Shown here piece by piece: positions 19,453 to 28,301 of a stretch of DNA of 64,000 bases (within the stretch, counting starts at the first letter, position 1; each line of letters begins with the position of its first letter). The DNA comes from an uncultured Chlamydiae bacterium (GTDB taxonomy: Bacteria > Chlamydiota > Chlamydiia > Chlamydiales > JAJFMB01): contig CAVOJR010000001.1 in NCBI GenBank assembly GCA_963696295.1, positions 2,496,001-2,560,000 on the forward strand, given 5' to 3'. A model generated the notes under the pieces. The model did not search any database. It worked only from the letters and a program-made list of their open reading frames with translations, and had not been told where the DNA came from. The translations under genes and the position numbers were made by a program.

Positions 19453-19644
19453 CTCCTCGGCTGTTCAAACGGCTATTGGTTAAATTTCGTCCACTGGCAT
19501 TTCGGAGCGAGACCAAGGAATCGGAAAGCTTGTGAGGAGTTCATAGCTTTAGCTATGGACGACCAACAAGGTTTACGAGTCCGCTGGTCACAGCCCGAAA
19601 TGCCCTGAACGAAATTATACCAATAGCCGTTCAAATAGCAGGGG
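19453..19644 (+). ncRNA. Putative structured ncRNA: ~190-nt rod-like hairpin (6S RNA candidate)
   Basis: Nested complementary segments AACGGCTATTGGT/ACCAATAGCCGTT, AATTTCGT/ACGAAATT, GGCATTTCGG/CCGAAATGCC, GACCA/TGGTC, GTTCATAGC-TTTA-GCTATGGAC. G-U pairs favour the + strand. Confidence 0.55.
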
Positions 19645-19687
19645 CGACCGCTTGTTCGCAGATTAACTAACTTTTTGATTATTTGTA

Positions 19688-20227
19688 ATGAATTTTTACC
19701 CGCCAACTAAAATATTTAGACATCGCAGGGAAACTTTGAAAAAATGCAGCTTGCGCGGCATCGAATCAAGGCCGGATATGATCTTCTATCCTTATCCTTT
19801 AAAGGCCGTTCCCGATGTCGCGGGCTATATTGTACTTACTCTGGATGCTCCGCTGCTGACAAGGGAAGATAGCGGACGAGGGCTGCTTCTTTTAGATGCG
19901 ACCTGGAGCCACGCTGGTAAAATGTTAAGCGCCGTACAAATGATTCCGGGTCTGATCTATCGCAGTTTGCCGGGCGATTTGCGGACAGCTTATCCTAGAT
20001 ATCAAACCGCTTGCAGCGATCCTGACAGGGGCCTCGCTTCGATTGAAGCGCTTTTTGCCGCCTACGCTATTTTAGGAAGAGACACGTCGGGCTTGCTCGA
20101 CCGTTATTATTGGAAAGATCAGTTTATATCTTTGAATAGATCCGTCCTCAACCTCTCCCAGACAGAAAGCGGGATTTCGGCGCCATTGACCTGCACGACG
20201 GCTGCTCCTAGCGAGCATCCGAGGTAG
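19688..20227 (+). CDS. Tsr3/DTW-like aminocarboxypropyltransferase family protein
   Basis: RETLKKCSL, LLLDATW, RSLP, GLASIEAL...Y.W...F motifs. Confidence 0.7.
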   Translation: MNFYPPTKIFRHRRETLKKCSLRGIESRPDMIFYPYPLKAVPDVAGYIVLTLDAPLLTREDSGRGLLLLDATWSHAGKMLSAVQMIPGLIYRSLPGDLRTAYPRYQTACSDPDRGLASIEALFAAYAILGRDTSGLLDRYYWKDQFISLNRSVLNLSQTESGISAPLTCTTAAPSEHPR

Positions 20228-21105
20228 GCGCATTGCTCCAGGCTTTTATCATTCAGGCAGCCGAATAAAAAGCCGCTCGCGAATAAATCGCCGGCTCCGG
20301 TGGTATCCAATGGGTTTTCGATGGCAAAGGCCGGATAGGAGAGCTGGCTGTTTTTGCTGCTGACTACGCATCCCGCCTTTCCGCGCGAGACGGCAACGGT
20401 TTCACAATAGTTTTTCAAAAAGGCGCACCCCTCTTCTGCCTCTAAGCCAGTCAAGGCAAAAACTTCCTTTTCATTAGCAAAAAGAATATCGACATATTTT
20501 TTCAAAAGCTCAAAAATCAAATCTTTATTATCATAGACCATTTCAAAATTGGCTAAGTCAAAAGATATTTTCGCTCCTGCTTTATGAGCCATCTGCATGG
20601 CCCGCTCCGCCACCCCCTCATTGAGTATCGCGTAGCCTTCAATATGGACCAGGCGCACCCCGCGAAAGATAGCCGGATCCAAATCATCGGCGCGCATTTC
20701 GACGCTCGCTCCCAAATAAGTGCGGATAGTGCGTTCCCCATCAGGAGTAACCAGGCATAGCGCTTTGCCTGTCGGTGTGCGGCTGGTTAAATAGAGCGGA
20801 GTGATTTTATATTCTTCGAGGTTATTCAAAAATTGCCTTGCGGCTTCATCTATCCCCATTTTGCCGGCGGCGGCGCATTTTTCCCCAAGTCTCGCCAGAC
20901 CCTTCATCACATTGGTGGCGCTTCCGCCTGCGCTGATGCTGGTTAAAAAGTATTTATTTGCGAGCAGGCGGTCAAATTCGCTGCAGCTGATTGTTTCCAT
21001 TCCCCCTTTTAAATCAGTTATTTGACTCAAATACTCATCGCTGACATGCATGATATAATCGACAATGGGATTGGCGATGCCTAAAATTTTATAATTACTG
21101 TTCAT
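20119..21105 (-). CDS. PfkB-family carbohydrate/adenosine kinase
   Basis: GIANPIVD, GGSATN, PDGERT, FANEKE, DTTGAGDLFASGFL. Confidence 0.92.
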   Translation of the reverse strand: MNSNYKILGIANPIVDYIMHVSDEYLSQITDLKGGMETISCSEFDRLLANKYFLTSISAGGSATNVMKGLARLGEKCAAAGKMGIDEAARQFLNNLEEYKITPLYLTSRTPTGKALCLVTPDGERTIRTYLGASVEMRADDLDPAIFRGVRLVHIEGYAILNEGVAERAMQMAHKAGAKISFDLANFEMVYDNKDLIFELLKKYVDILFANEKEVFALTGLEAEEGCAFLKNYCETVAVSRGKAGCVVSSKNSQLSYPAFAIENPLDTTGAGDLFASGFLFGCLNDKSLEQCAYLGCSLGAAVVQVNGAEIPLSVWERLRTDLFKDIN

Positions 21106-21703
21106 TGGCTTTGCTATTCAAAGTGAGCAGCTTATGGATGTAGTGGCGGTTGACGTAAATATAATCAACGGCTGAGAAAATGGTATAGACAGCAGCCATG
21201 CTGACAAGCCATAGGCTGACTTTTTGCAGAAGGGCAGTGCTTAACGTGCCCATGGAATGGGGGATCATCATCAGGAGGATAATAAAGGCTATGACAGCTT
21301 GAATGACCGCTTTGACTTTTCCGCTGGTGCGGGCCGCCAGGGCGTAGCCGTGCAGAGCGCAAATGGTTCTTAAAGTGCTGACGACAGAATCGCGGTAGAT
21401 AAAGACGAAGATCAGCGGAACGGGCAAGCTGACAGGGGGCAGAGTGAATGTGAGGAATACGGCGATGCGGGCGATGCTGTCCGCCATTGGGTCGAGCACT
21501 TTCCCAAGGTCTGTGACCTGGTTGTATTTCCGGGCGAAATAGCCGTCGAAGGCATCGGATAATTCGGATACCCCCATAAGGAATAAGAGGACATAGGGCA
21601 ATAATGCGGAGCTGATGTCAAGATAATCATGTTCGATATAGACGAGCATAAAAATCGGGCTGATGAAGATTCGGATAAAGGTGAGATAATTGGCAATGCT
21701 CAT
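21095..21703 (-). CDS. pgsA: CDP-diacylglycerol--glycerol-3-phosphate phosphatidyltransferase
   Basis: ANYLTFIRI; DAFDGYFARKYNQVTDLGKVLDPMADS CDP-alcohol phosphotransferase motif. Confidence 0.9.
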   Translation of the reverse strand: MSIANYLTFIRIFISPIFMLVYIEHDYLDISSALLPYVLLFLMGVSELSDAFDGYFARKYNQVTDLGKVLDPMADSIARIAVFLTFTLPPVSLPVPLIFVFIYRDSVVSTLRTICALHGYALAARTSGKVKAVIQAVIAFIILLMMIPHSMGTLSTALLQKVSLWLVSMAAVYTIFSAVDYIYVNRHYIHKLLTLNSKANEQ

Positions 21704-21820
21704 ACGATCCCAAAATTTAGTTTAAGCGCAAACATACCGTAAGAGGCATTTGAAAATCAACGCGGTTTTGCTGATTTTATGACAAAAAATAAATTGAATA
21801 AAATTGTCATGCAAAAAATG

Positions 21821-21849
21821 TTGCAAAAAATTGTAAAGATGGCTAATCT
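21821..21849 (+). promoter_or_regulatory. Sigma66/70-type promoter for the tRNA-Gln/prs operon
   Basis: TTGCAA-N17-TAATCT with AT-rich upstream region. Confidence 0.55.
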
Positions 21850-21873
21850 CTTTACTTTAAATCAAGCGATTGC

Positions 21874-21945
21874 TGGGGTGTCGCCAAGCGGTAAGGCAGC
21901 GGGTTTTGGTCCCGCCATGCGGAGGTTCGAATCCTTCCACCCCAA
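21874..21945 (+). tRNA. tRNA-Gln (UUG)
   Basis: Acceptor stem TGGGGTG/CACCCCA, anticodon arm GCGGG-TTTTGGT-CCCGC, T-loop GGTTCGAATCC. CCA not encoded. Confidence 0.97.
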
Positions 21946-21963
21946 TTAGGTGATATAAGGGGC

Positions 21964-22887
21964 ATGCAAAGTCAATCTTCCAAATTTCTTATCTTCTCGG
22001 GAAGTTCCCATCCGGAGCTGGCTAGAGAAATAGCTGACTTTTTGGAAGTAAAGCTTGCAGACTGTCTGATAGAGCGTTTTCCTGACAATGAAATCGATAT
22101 TAGATTGCTAGTCGATGTTCGAGGTGTCGATACGTTCGTCGTTCAGACTATTGCCCATCAACCGAATGATTATTTAGTTGAGCTGCTCCTAATGATCGAT
22201 GCCCTTAAGAGAGCGTCGGCGCGCAGCATAACCGCGATTATTCCGTACTTCGGATATGCGCGGCAGGACCATAAAGATCATCCAGGCGAACCGATTACGG
22301 CAAGGCTTGTAGCCAATATGCTCGAAAGAGCCGGCGCAACTCATGTCGTAACCATGGATCTTCACTCCGGACAGGTGGAAGGTTTTTTCGATGTGCCGTT
22401 GGACAATCTGCATGGGCGGCCTAAATTAATTGAGGCCTGCAAGGAGTTTGGCGTAACTAATGTAGTAGTTACCGGCCCTGATATCGGCAGTATGCGGCTT
22501 GTGAGATTATTTGCAGGCGAGCTTGGTGCCAGTATGGCGGCCGTAGATAAATGCCGTTTGAGCGCGACTCACGTCGAAGTGAGAAACGTGATCGGCGATA
22601 TTGAAAATAAAGACGTGCTTCTCGCTGATGACATGTGTTCCACAGCCGGAACCTTGGTATCAGCTGCGAAAGCGTGCCATGAGAAGGGCGCAAAACGAAT
22701 ATTTGCCACCGCCACACACGGACTGTTTGTAGGTGGCGCTTTGGAAAAAATCGAACTCAGTCCGATTGAAAAAGTTTTCGTTTGCAATACGATACCTTTG
22801 TTTCCGGAGGTTAGAGCCTCCAAGAAAATCAAAGTTGTATCCGTAGCATCTCTCTTTGGCCAGGCTATTCGGCGAATATTAAGCTAG
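21964..22887 (+). CDS. prs: Ribose-phosphate pyrophosphokinase
   Basis: IPYFGYARQD, MDLHSGQ, PDIG, DDMCSTAGT, ATHGLF. Confidence 0.96.
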   Translation: MQSQSSKFLIFSGSSHPELAREIADFLEVKLADCLIERFPDNEIDIRLLVDVRGVDTFVVQTIAHQPNDYLVELLLMIDALKRASARSITAIIPYFGYARQDHKDHPGEPITARLVANMLERAGATHVVTMDLHSGQVEGFFDVPLDNLHGRPKLIEACKEFGVTNVVVTGPDIGSMRLVRLFAGELGASMAAVDKCRLSATHVEVRNVIGDIENKDVLLADDMCSTAGTLVSAAKACHEKGAKRIFATATHGLFVGGALEKIELSPIEKVFVCNTIPLFPEVRASKKIKVVSVASLFGQAIRRILS

Positions 22888-22924
22888 TACTGTCAACAGA
22901 TTCTATTTACGAGTTGGAGGAATA

Positions 22925-23485
22925 ATGAAATTGCACATGACCAAAAGGTCTAATGAAAAAAAAAATGAAGCAAAACGCCTAAGACGCGCCGGTAAAATTC
23001 CTGTGGTTGTATACAACCGCGGTAAAGAAGCCGATGCGGTTTCTATCGATGCCGGTGAATTTGGTGCTCTTTTGCGAAAAATCCCTAAGGGAAGATTACC
23101 GACAACTGTTTTTTTCTTAGTCGGTGAAGATGGAAAAGAGCGTAAAGCGATTGTCAAAGATATCCAATATCATGTGACCACGTATGACATCTTGCATTTA
23201 GATTTTGCAACGCTGTCAGATGATGTAGCCGTCAGCCTTAAAGTGCCTATCGAATGTTCCGGTGTTGTGGATTGCGTGGGAGTGAAGCAAGGCGGTGTCT
23301 TGAGAACAGTTATGCGCCATGTGAGAGTAAAGTGCTTGCCAAAAGATATTCCCGAATCGTTTACGGTCAATGTGACTGACTTGGAAATGATGAACTCGAA
23401 GCGGTTAAAGCATATCAGCATTCCTCAAACGATACGTTTGCTGGCTGATCAGAATGATGTGGCAGTGATTGTCGCTAAGCGCTAA
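22925..23485 (+). CDS. rplY: 50S ribosomal protein L25/Ctc
   Basis: LRRAGKIPVVVY, KDIQYH, ILHLDF, GVKQGG. Confidence 0.95.
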   Translation: MKLHMTKRSNEKKNEAKRLRRAGKIPVVVYNRGKEADAVSIDAGEFGALLRKIPKGRLPTTVFFLVGEDGKERKAIVKDIQYHVTTYDILHLDFATLSDDVAVSLKVPIECSGVVDCVGVKQGGVLRTVMRHVRVKCLPKDIPESFTVNVTDLEMMNSKRLKHISIPQTIRLLADQNDVAVIVAKR

Positions 23486-24051
23486 TGAGTGATTTTGTCA
23501 TCGTCGGATTAGGGAATCCGGGCAAAGAATATGCTTTAACGAGACATAATTTGGGTTATCTTGTAGTGCAGGCTCTGGCCGAGAAGTTCGGATGGTCTTT
23601 TAAAGAAGAAAGGCGATTCCGGGCTTTAGCCGCGAAGGGTAAAGTGGATGATTCAACCTTTCATCTCATTTTGCCCCTCACCTATATGAATGAAAGCGGA
23701 GTAGCCGTTAGAAGCTATCTCAGCTTTTATAACTTGGGTGTAGAGAGCCTCATGATAGTGAGCGACGATTTCGCATTGCCCTTTGGCAAAATGCGGCTTC
23801 GGCCTCAAGGGAGTGCCGGAGGGCACAATGGATTAAAGAGTGTGGAAGCACACTTGCAGACACAGAATTACGCCCGTCTCAGAATGGGAATTGGATCTAG
23901 CGATCGAGACGATTTGGCAGATTATGTATTAGACCGGTTTACACGGCAGGAGTCGGAACAGTTAGCGGAGTTTATTGCAAAGGGAGTTGACATTTTGAAG
24001 TCCCTTCCCGAGGCAACCTTAAGTGAACTCATGACTCGTGTGAACCCTTAG
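23485..24051 (+). CDS. pth: Peptidyl-tRNA hydrolase
   Basis: VGLGNPGKEY..TRHNLG, TYMNESG, GGHNGLKS. Confidence 0.97.
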   Translation: MSDFVIVGLGNPGKEYALTRHNLGYLVVQALAEKFGWSFKEERRFRALAAKGKVDDSTFHLILPLTYMNESGVAVRSYLSFYNLGVESLMIVSDDFALPFGKMRLRPQGSAGGHNGLKSVEAHLQTQNYARLRMGIGSSDRDDLADYVLDRFTRQESEQLAEFIAKGVDILKSLPEATLSELMTRVNP

Positions 24052-24072
24052 GGGTAAAATTAGGAGAACTCT

Positions 24073-24417
24073 ATGAGAGAAAGTAAGAAAAATTTATACG
24101 AAGGGATGTATGTGATCAGTGCATCGTTAAGTGATGATGCCCGAAACAAAGCATTAGAGCGGATCAAAGAAGGCATCAGCAAGCATGGCGGCGAAGTCCT
24201 GTATGTTCATGATTGGGGCCGTAGACGCTTGGCTTATGAAATTAACGGCCACCGCGAAGGTTTTTATTATATTATCTTCTTTGAAGTGGCGGCTTCGGCG
24301 ATTGCTGAGATGTGGCATGAGTACCACCTTAATGAAGATTTGGTCCGTTTTATCACACTTCGCACAGATAAAGTGGTAGAAAAGATCGAATTTAAACAAA
24401 TACAAGAAGTACAATAG
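24073..24417 (+). CDS. rpsF: 30S ribosomal protein S6
   Basis: YEGMYVI, WGRRRLAYEI, EGFY. Confidence 0.96.
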   Translation: MRESKKNLYEGMYVISASLSDDARNKALERIKEGISKHGGEVLYVHDWGRRRLAYEINGHREGFYYIIFFEVAASAIAEMWHEYHLNEDLVRFITLRTDKVVEKIEFKQIQEVQ

Positions 24418-24432
24418 AGGAGTTTGTTTCAA

Positions 24433-24696
24433 ATGACTGCACCAAGACCATCATTTCCCCCTCGTCCAGTAGAGAGCGGGCGGTTCAAAAAGAAGAAACA
24501 ATGCCCTTTCACAGCTTCTGGCATTGAAGACATTAACTACAAAGACATTGACACGTTGGAGCGTTTCATCACTGAACGTGGTAAAATTCTTCCAAGGCGT
24601 ATAACCGGGGTTTCGGCAAATCACCAAAAGCACCTGGCGCTGGCTATCAAGCGCGCAAGGCATATGGCGCTATTACCTTTTGTTGACGAAGCTTAA
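24433..24696 (+). CDS. rpsR: 30S ribosomal protein S18
   Basis: [35 protein letters not shown]. Confidence 0.97.
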   Translation: MTAPRPSFPPRPVESGRFKKKKQCPFTASGIEDINYKDIDTLERFITERGKILPRRITGVSANHQKHLALAIKRARHMALLPFVDEA

Positions 24697-24720
24697 AACC
24701 ATATTTAAGGAGAAAAGTGT

Positions 24721-25206
24721 ATGAGTAATAAATTACTCCTAGTAAAAGATATTGAGAATCTAGGTCGTTCCGGCGATATCGTGAATGTCAAGCCTGGTTA
24801 TGCAAGAAATTATCTGATTCCAAGAAGTCTTGCTGTGCCTGCTACAAAAGGCACTGTGCGCATGCAGGAGCGTTTGCAAGAAGAGCGAAGACAAAAAGCT
24901 ATTCAAGAGAAGAAAGAATCTGAAGCTATTGCCCAGGTTTTAGACGGTATTCTGATTGAAACCGTGGTTAAAGTGGATCATGAAGGACATTTGTACGGAT
25001 CAGTAACTGCTGCAGAAATTCTTGACTTGATCAACAAGGAGCATCCCAATGTGGTGCTTGATAAGAAAGCTATTGTCTTGAAGCATCCGGTCAAATCTTT
25101 AGGCGAGCATTCTATCGAATTGAGATTTAAAGAAGATGTGAAAGCGGCCATCAAATTAAAAGTGATTGCCGAAGGTGCTCAGGAAGTAAAACCAGCGCAG
25201 CTTTAG
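24721..25206 (+). CDS. rplI: 50S ribosomal protein L9
   Basis: LGRSGDIVNVKPGYARNYLIP, LYGSVT. Confidence 0.97.
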   Translation: MSNKLLLVKDIENLGRSGDIVNVKPGYARNYLIPRSLAVPATKGTVRMQERLQEERRQKAIQEKKESEAIAQVLDGILIETVVKVDHEGHLYGSVTAAEILDLINKEHPNVVLDKKAIVLKHPVKSLGEHSIELRFKEDVKAAIKLKVIAEGAQEVKPAQL

Positions 25207-26037
25207 ATGTTCACGCTTGCTTCGCCAGCTAAGATCAATCTTTTTTTACGTATTATAAAACGTAAGGAAGATGGATATCATGAGCTGGCGTCGCTTTTTC
25301 AAACAGTTACTCTTTTTGACACCATCCGGTTTGATTTCTCTGATCAGGATCTTTTAACCTGTTCTGATTCCCGATTGCCTTGTGATGAACGCAACCTCAT
25401 CCATAAAGCCCTCCATCTCTATCGGCTACATTTGGGACCGATTCCTCCTCTGCATATTCATCTGGAAAAAAGGATTCCGGTCGAGGCCGGGCTTGGCGGA
25501 GGAAGCAGCAACGCGGCTACGACGCTTTGGGCTCTGAACCGCATAGCGGCAAAGCCAGTCTCGATCGACGCGTTAAAAGGGGTGGCCAAGCAGATCGGAG
25601 CGGATGTTTCTTTTTTTCTATCCAACGGCACAGCCTATTGTACGGGAATTGGAGATATAGTTCAGCCGGCAGCGCCTTTGCCGGACAGGGATCTGTGGCT
25701 GGTCAAACCGGCCTGGGGGCTCTCTACCCCGAAAGTTTATAAAATGCTGGATGTGTCTTCCCTGCCTCAGCGGAATCCCGAGCAGTCCTTAAAAAGCTTT
25801 ATCGAGGGTGACGGGGAATTTTACAACGATTTGGAAGGGCCGGCCTTCCGGCTATCAGCAGAGACCCGGGATTTGAAGCGGCGTTTAGAGGCGTGTGGTT
25901 TTAGCACTGTTTTGATGTCCGGTTCTGGCTCCAGCTTTTTTTGCCTGGGCAATGCCATCCCGCCAGCTGATCCTGGTTTAACCTGCTTTCCCGTCCGATT
26001 TGTCAATCGCTCCATAGATGACTGGTATAGTCTGTAA
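25207..26037 (+). CDS. ispE: 4-diphosphocytidyl-2C-methyl-D-erythritol kinase
   Basis: PAKINLFL, DGYHEL, KRIPVEAGLGGGSSNAA, MSGSGS. Confidence 0.96.
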   Translation: MFTLASPAKINLFLRIIKRKEDGYHELASLFQTVTLFDTIRFDFSDQDLLTCSDSRLPCDERNLIHKALHLYRLHLGPIPPLHIHLEKRIPVEAGLGGGSSNAATTLWALNRIAAKPVSIDALKGVAKQIGADVSFFLSNGTAYCTGIGDIVQPAAPLPDRDLWLVKPAWGLSTPKVYKMLDVSSLPQRNPEQSLKSFIEGDGEFYNDLEGPAFRLSAETRDLKRRLEACGFSTVLMSGSGSSFFCLGNAIPPADPGLTCFPVRFVNRSIDDWYSL

Positions 26038-26258
26038 AGCCGGGCTGCATTCCTGTAACATTAATTCTGCACAGTAACATCATCTGTGTTCATATGCAGG
26101 ATTGATGTTAACGATTTAAGATTGGCAGTCTTGAAGGAGGGGGAATTCTTCCCCCTCGCGCTCCCCCTTCTCCCGCCTTCAGGCAACGACCCCGGGCTTG
26201 CTCTGTTGTAAGCCATTGAGGTGGGTTCATTGCTTTCAGGTGGGGTTTTTTTGACGGG

Positions 26259-27152
26259 TCATGAAACCAGGTAGGGCCAATCCTTCGCTGCCGCCTGAAA
26301 ATCGGCGTTGCCCTTCATTGCTATTTTGATCAGCTCCACGCGCCGCGCCGCCCTTGAACTGTTCTGCAAATAGGCATCCTTCAGACGCTCAATCTCATTC
26401 TTTAAATCCTGACGGTAGCGCGTAGCCATCTCCTCATCATACTTCTCTAATCCGCAACGCATCATCACATACCGGCAAAGATCATCTCTGTCCATATCAT
26501 CCATCCAGGTGGGCCGCATAATCGTCCCTTTAAATCTGTTGTCGGCTGCCCTCGGATTAATCTGATCATAATTATTGGCAATAAATATCGAGTGGCCGCT
26601 GATTTGCTGCACTTTATAATGCTCTTCAAAATCGGGCACCACCGGCCAATGGGCCGATTCCGGGAAAATCCCCGAACGTATCCCTTTTTCCAGCAAATCA
26701 TGCGTGTTTTTGGCATTCTGATACTCGGCGCGCTCCACTTTTTCCACATACTGATCTTTTGTCAAAGACCCTTCTTGCGCCAGTTCTATCAAACGGTCGT
26801 AATATTGAGCGGTATTGGCATTATGCAACTCAAACAAAATGGTGCAGATCATGGAACCCAATGAGGGGTTAAAACGAGTGTTTACCACAATTGAACGCGT
26901 ATGGCCGTCCCATAACCCTTCAAAGTTGGGATGAGATTCCATTTTCAATTGAATAGGCCCATCTTTTTGTGCTCTTTCCAGGAGATCATGAAACTCGGGG
27001 AGTTTGTTCAAGGCATTCAGCGCCTGTTTTGCCTGAGACGGATAAGAGGCGAATTGTTTCAGATTCTGCAGTTGCGGCGGGTGGATCGAATCCAGAAAAG
27101 GATTAGTCAGCAGTAAAAAAACAGTTGCTAGTAAAGTTAATATTTTATTCAT
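26259..27152 (-). CDS. Hypothetical exported protein
   Basis: Signal peptide MNKILTLLATVFLLL; GGAG RBS; ILFELHNA...E segment reminiscent of a degenerate zincin helix. Confidence 0.7.
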   Translation of the reverse strand: MNKILTLLATVFLLLTNPFLDSIHPPQLQNLKQFASYPSQAKQALNALNKLPEFHDLLERAQKDGPIQLKMESHPNFEGLWDGHTRSIVVNTRFNPSLGSMICTILFELHNANTAQYYDRLIELAQEGSLTKDQYVEKVERAEYQNAKNTHDLLEKGIRSGIFPESAHWPVVPDFEEHYKVQQISGHSIFIANNYDQINPRAADNRFKGTIMRPTWMDDMDRDDLCRYVMMRCGLEKYDEEMATRYRQDLKNEIERLKDAYLQNSSRAARRVELIKIAMKGNADFQAAAKDWPYLVS

Positions 27153-27314
27153 ATTATCTCCATTTGGGATTTCTATACTATAATTATAAAGGCAAAAACC
27201 ATTGATCACAATAAGATTGTGTTAAGTTTAAATAAAATTTATCAGTCGATGGGAATTGCTTTTTCATTATTGGCCGTTTTGCTACATTATTTTTGTCCAA
27301 ATGGAGCTTAAATT

Positions 27315-28301
27315 ATGAAAATGTACGACGATGAGTTGATTGTAGTTACCGGGGGAGCGGGTTTTATAGGATCTGGCGTCATCAGGCATCTTAACGACAG
27401 GGGGTTAAAGAATCTCGTAGTCGTCGATGACTTGGGAACATCGGAAAAATGGAAGAATCTGGTGGGGAAAAATATTGCCGATATCATTGACAAGCACCAA
27501 TTTTTCGACTGGCTTAAGGGCAGGGAGAATGAGATCGAAGCCTTTATCCATTTAGGCGCCTGCAGCAGCACTGTGGAAACGAACGCCCGTTACGTTCTGG
27601 AGAACAATTACCGTTTCAGCGTAAGGCTCGCGGAGTATGCGCTGAAGAATAATCAGCGTCTGATTTACGCTTCTTCCGCTGCGACCTATGGGGATGGTTC
27701 TTTGGGTTTTTCCGATACTCACGATCAGATCGAATCTTTACAGCCTCTTAACATGTACGGTTTCTCGAAACAGCTTTTCGACCTGTGGTTAAAAAATCAG
27801 GGCGTGCTCGATAAAGTGGTGGGGTTGAAGTATTTTAATGTTTTTGGTCCCAACGAATATCACAAAGGGCGGATGGCCTCGGTGATTTTACACGTTTTGC
27901 CGATCGCCCAAAAAGAGGGGGTCGTGCGCCTCTTCAAGTCCTCCGACCCCGAGAATTTTGCCGACGGCGGGCAGATGCGCGATTTTATCTATGTCAAAGA
28001 CGCTGTGCGGATGACATGCGATTTTCTGGAAAATACCGCAGGGGGTATTTTTAACATAGGTCATGGAGTCCCAGGGACTTGGAATGAAGTTGCCACGGCC
28101 ATCTTTAAAGGGATTGACGCACCGGCAAATATCGAATATATTGATATGCCAAAAGATCTAATTGGCAAATATCAAAATTACACTTGTGCGGATATGCGGA
28201 AAACATCGCAAGCTCTAAATGGAAAAACGCAGTGCATGCCCTTGGAGGAAGCGGTTGTCGAATATGTGCGCAAGTATCTAATCCCTGGCAAAAGATGGTA
28301 A
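27315..28301 (+). CDS. hldD: ADP-L-glycero-D-manno-heptose 6-epimerase
   Basis: VTGGAGFIGS, HLGACSST, YASSAATYG, PLNMYGFSK, YFNVFGPNEYHKGRMAS. Confidence 0.96.
   Translation: MKMYDDELIVVTGGAGFIGSGVIRHLNDRGLKNLVVVDDLGTSEKWKNLVGKNIADIIDKHQFFDWLKGRENEIEAFIHLGACSSTVETNARYVLENNYRFSVRLAEYALKNNQRLIYASSAATYGDGSLGFSDTHDQIESLQPLNMYGFSKQLFDLWLKNQGVLDKVVGLKYFNVFGPNEYHKGRMASVILHVLPIAQKEGVVRLFKSSDPENFADGGQMRDFIYVKDAVRMTCDFLENTAGGIFNIGHGVPGTWNEVATAIFKGIDAPANIEYIDMPKDLIGKYQNYTCADMRKTSQALNGKTQCMPLEEAVVEYVRKYLIPGKRW

Noticed and set aside
19473..19706. 77-aa minus-strand ORF
   Set aside because: It overlaps the long hairpin and the start of the next gene, and shows no protein-like features. The RNA-structure explanation is stronger.
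21874..21945. tRNA-Gln as an island integration site
   Set aside because: Flanked by core genes, and no duplicated tRNA 3' end was noticed in the window.
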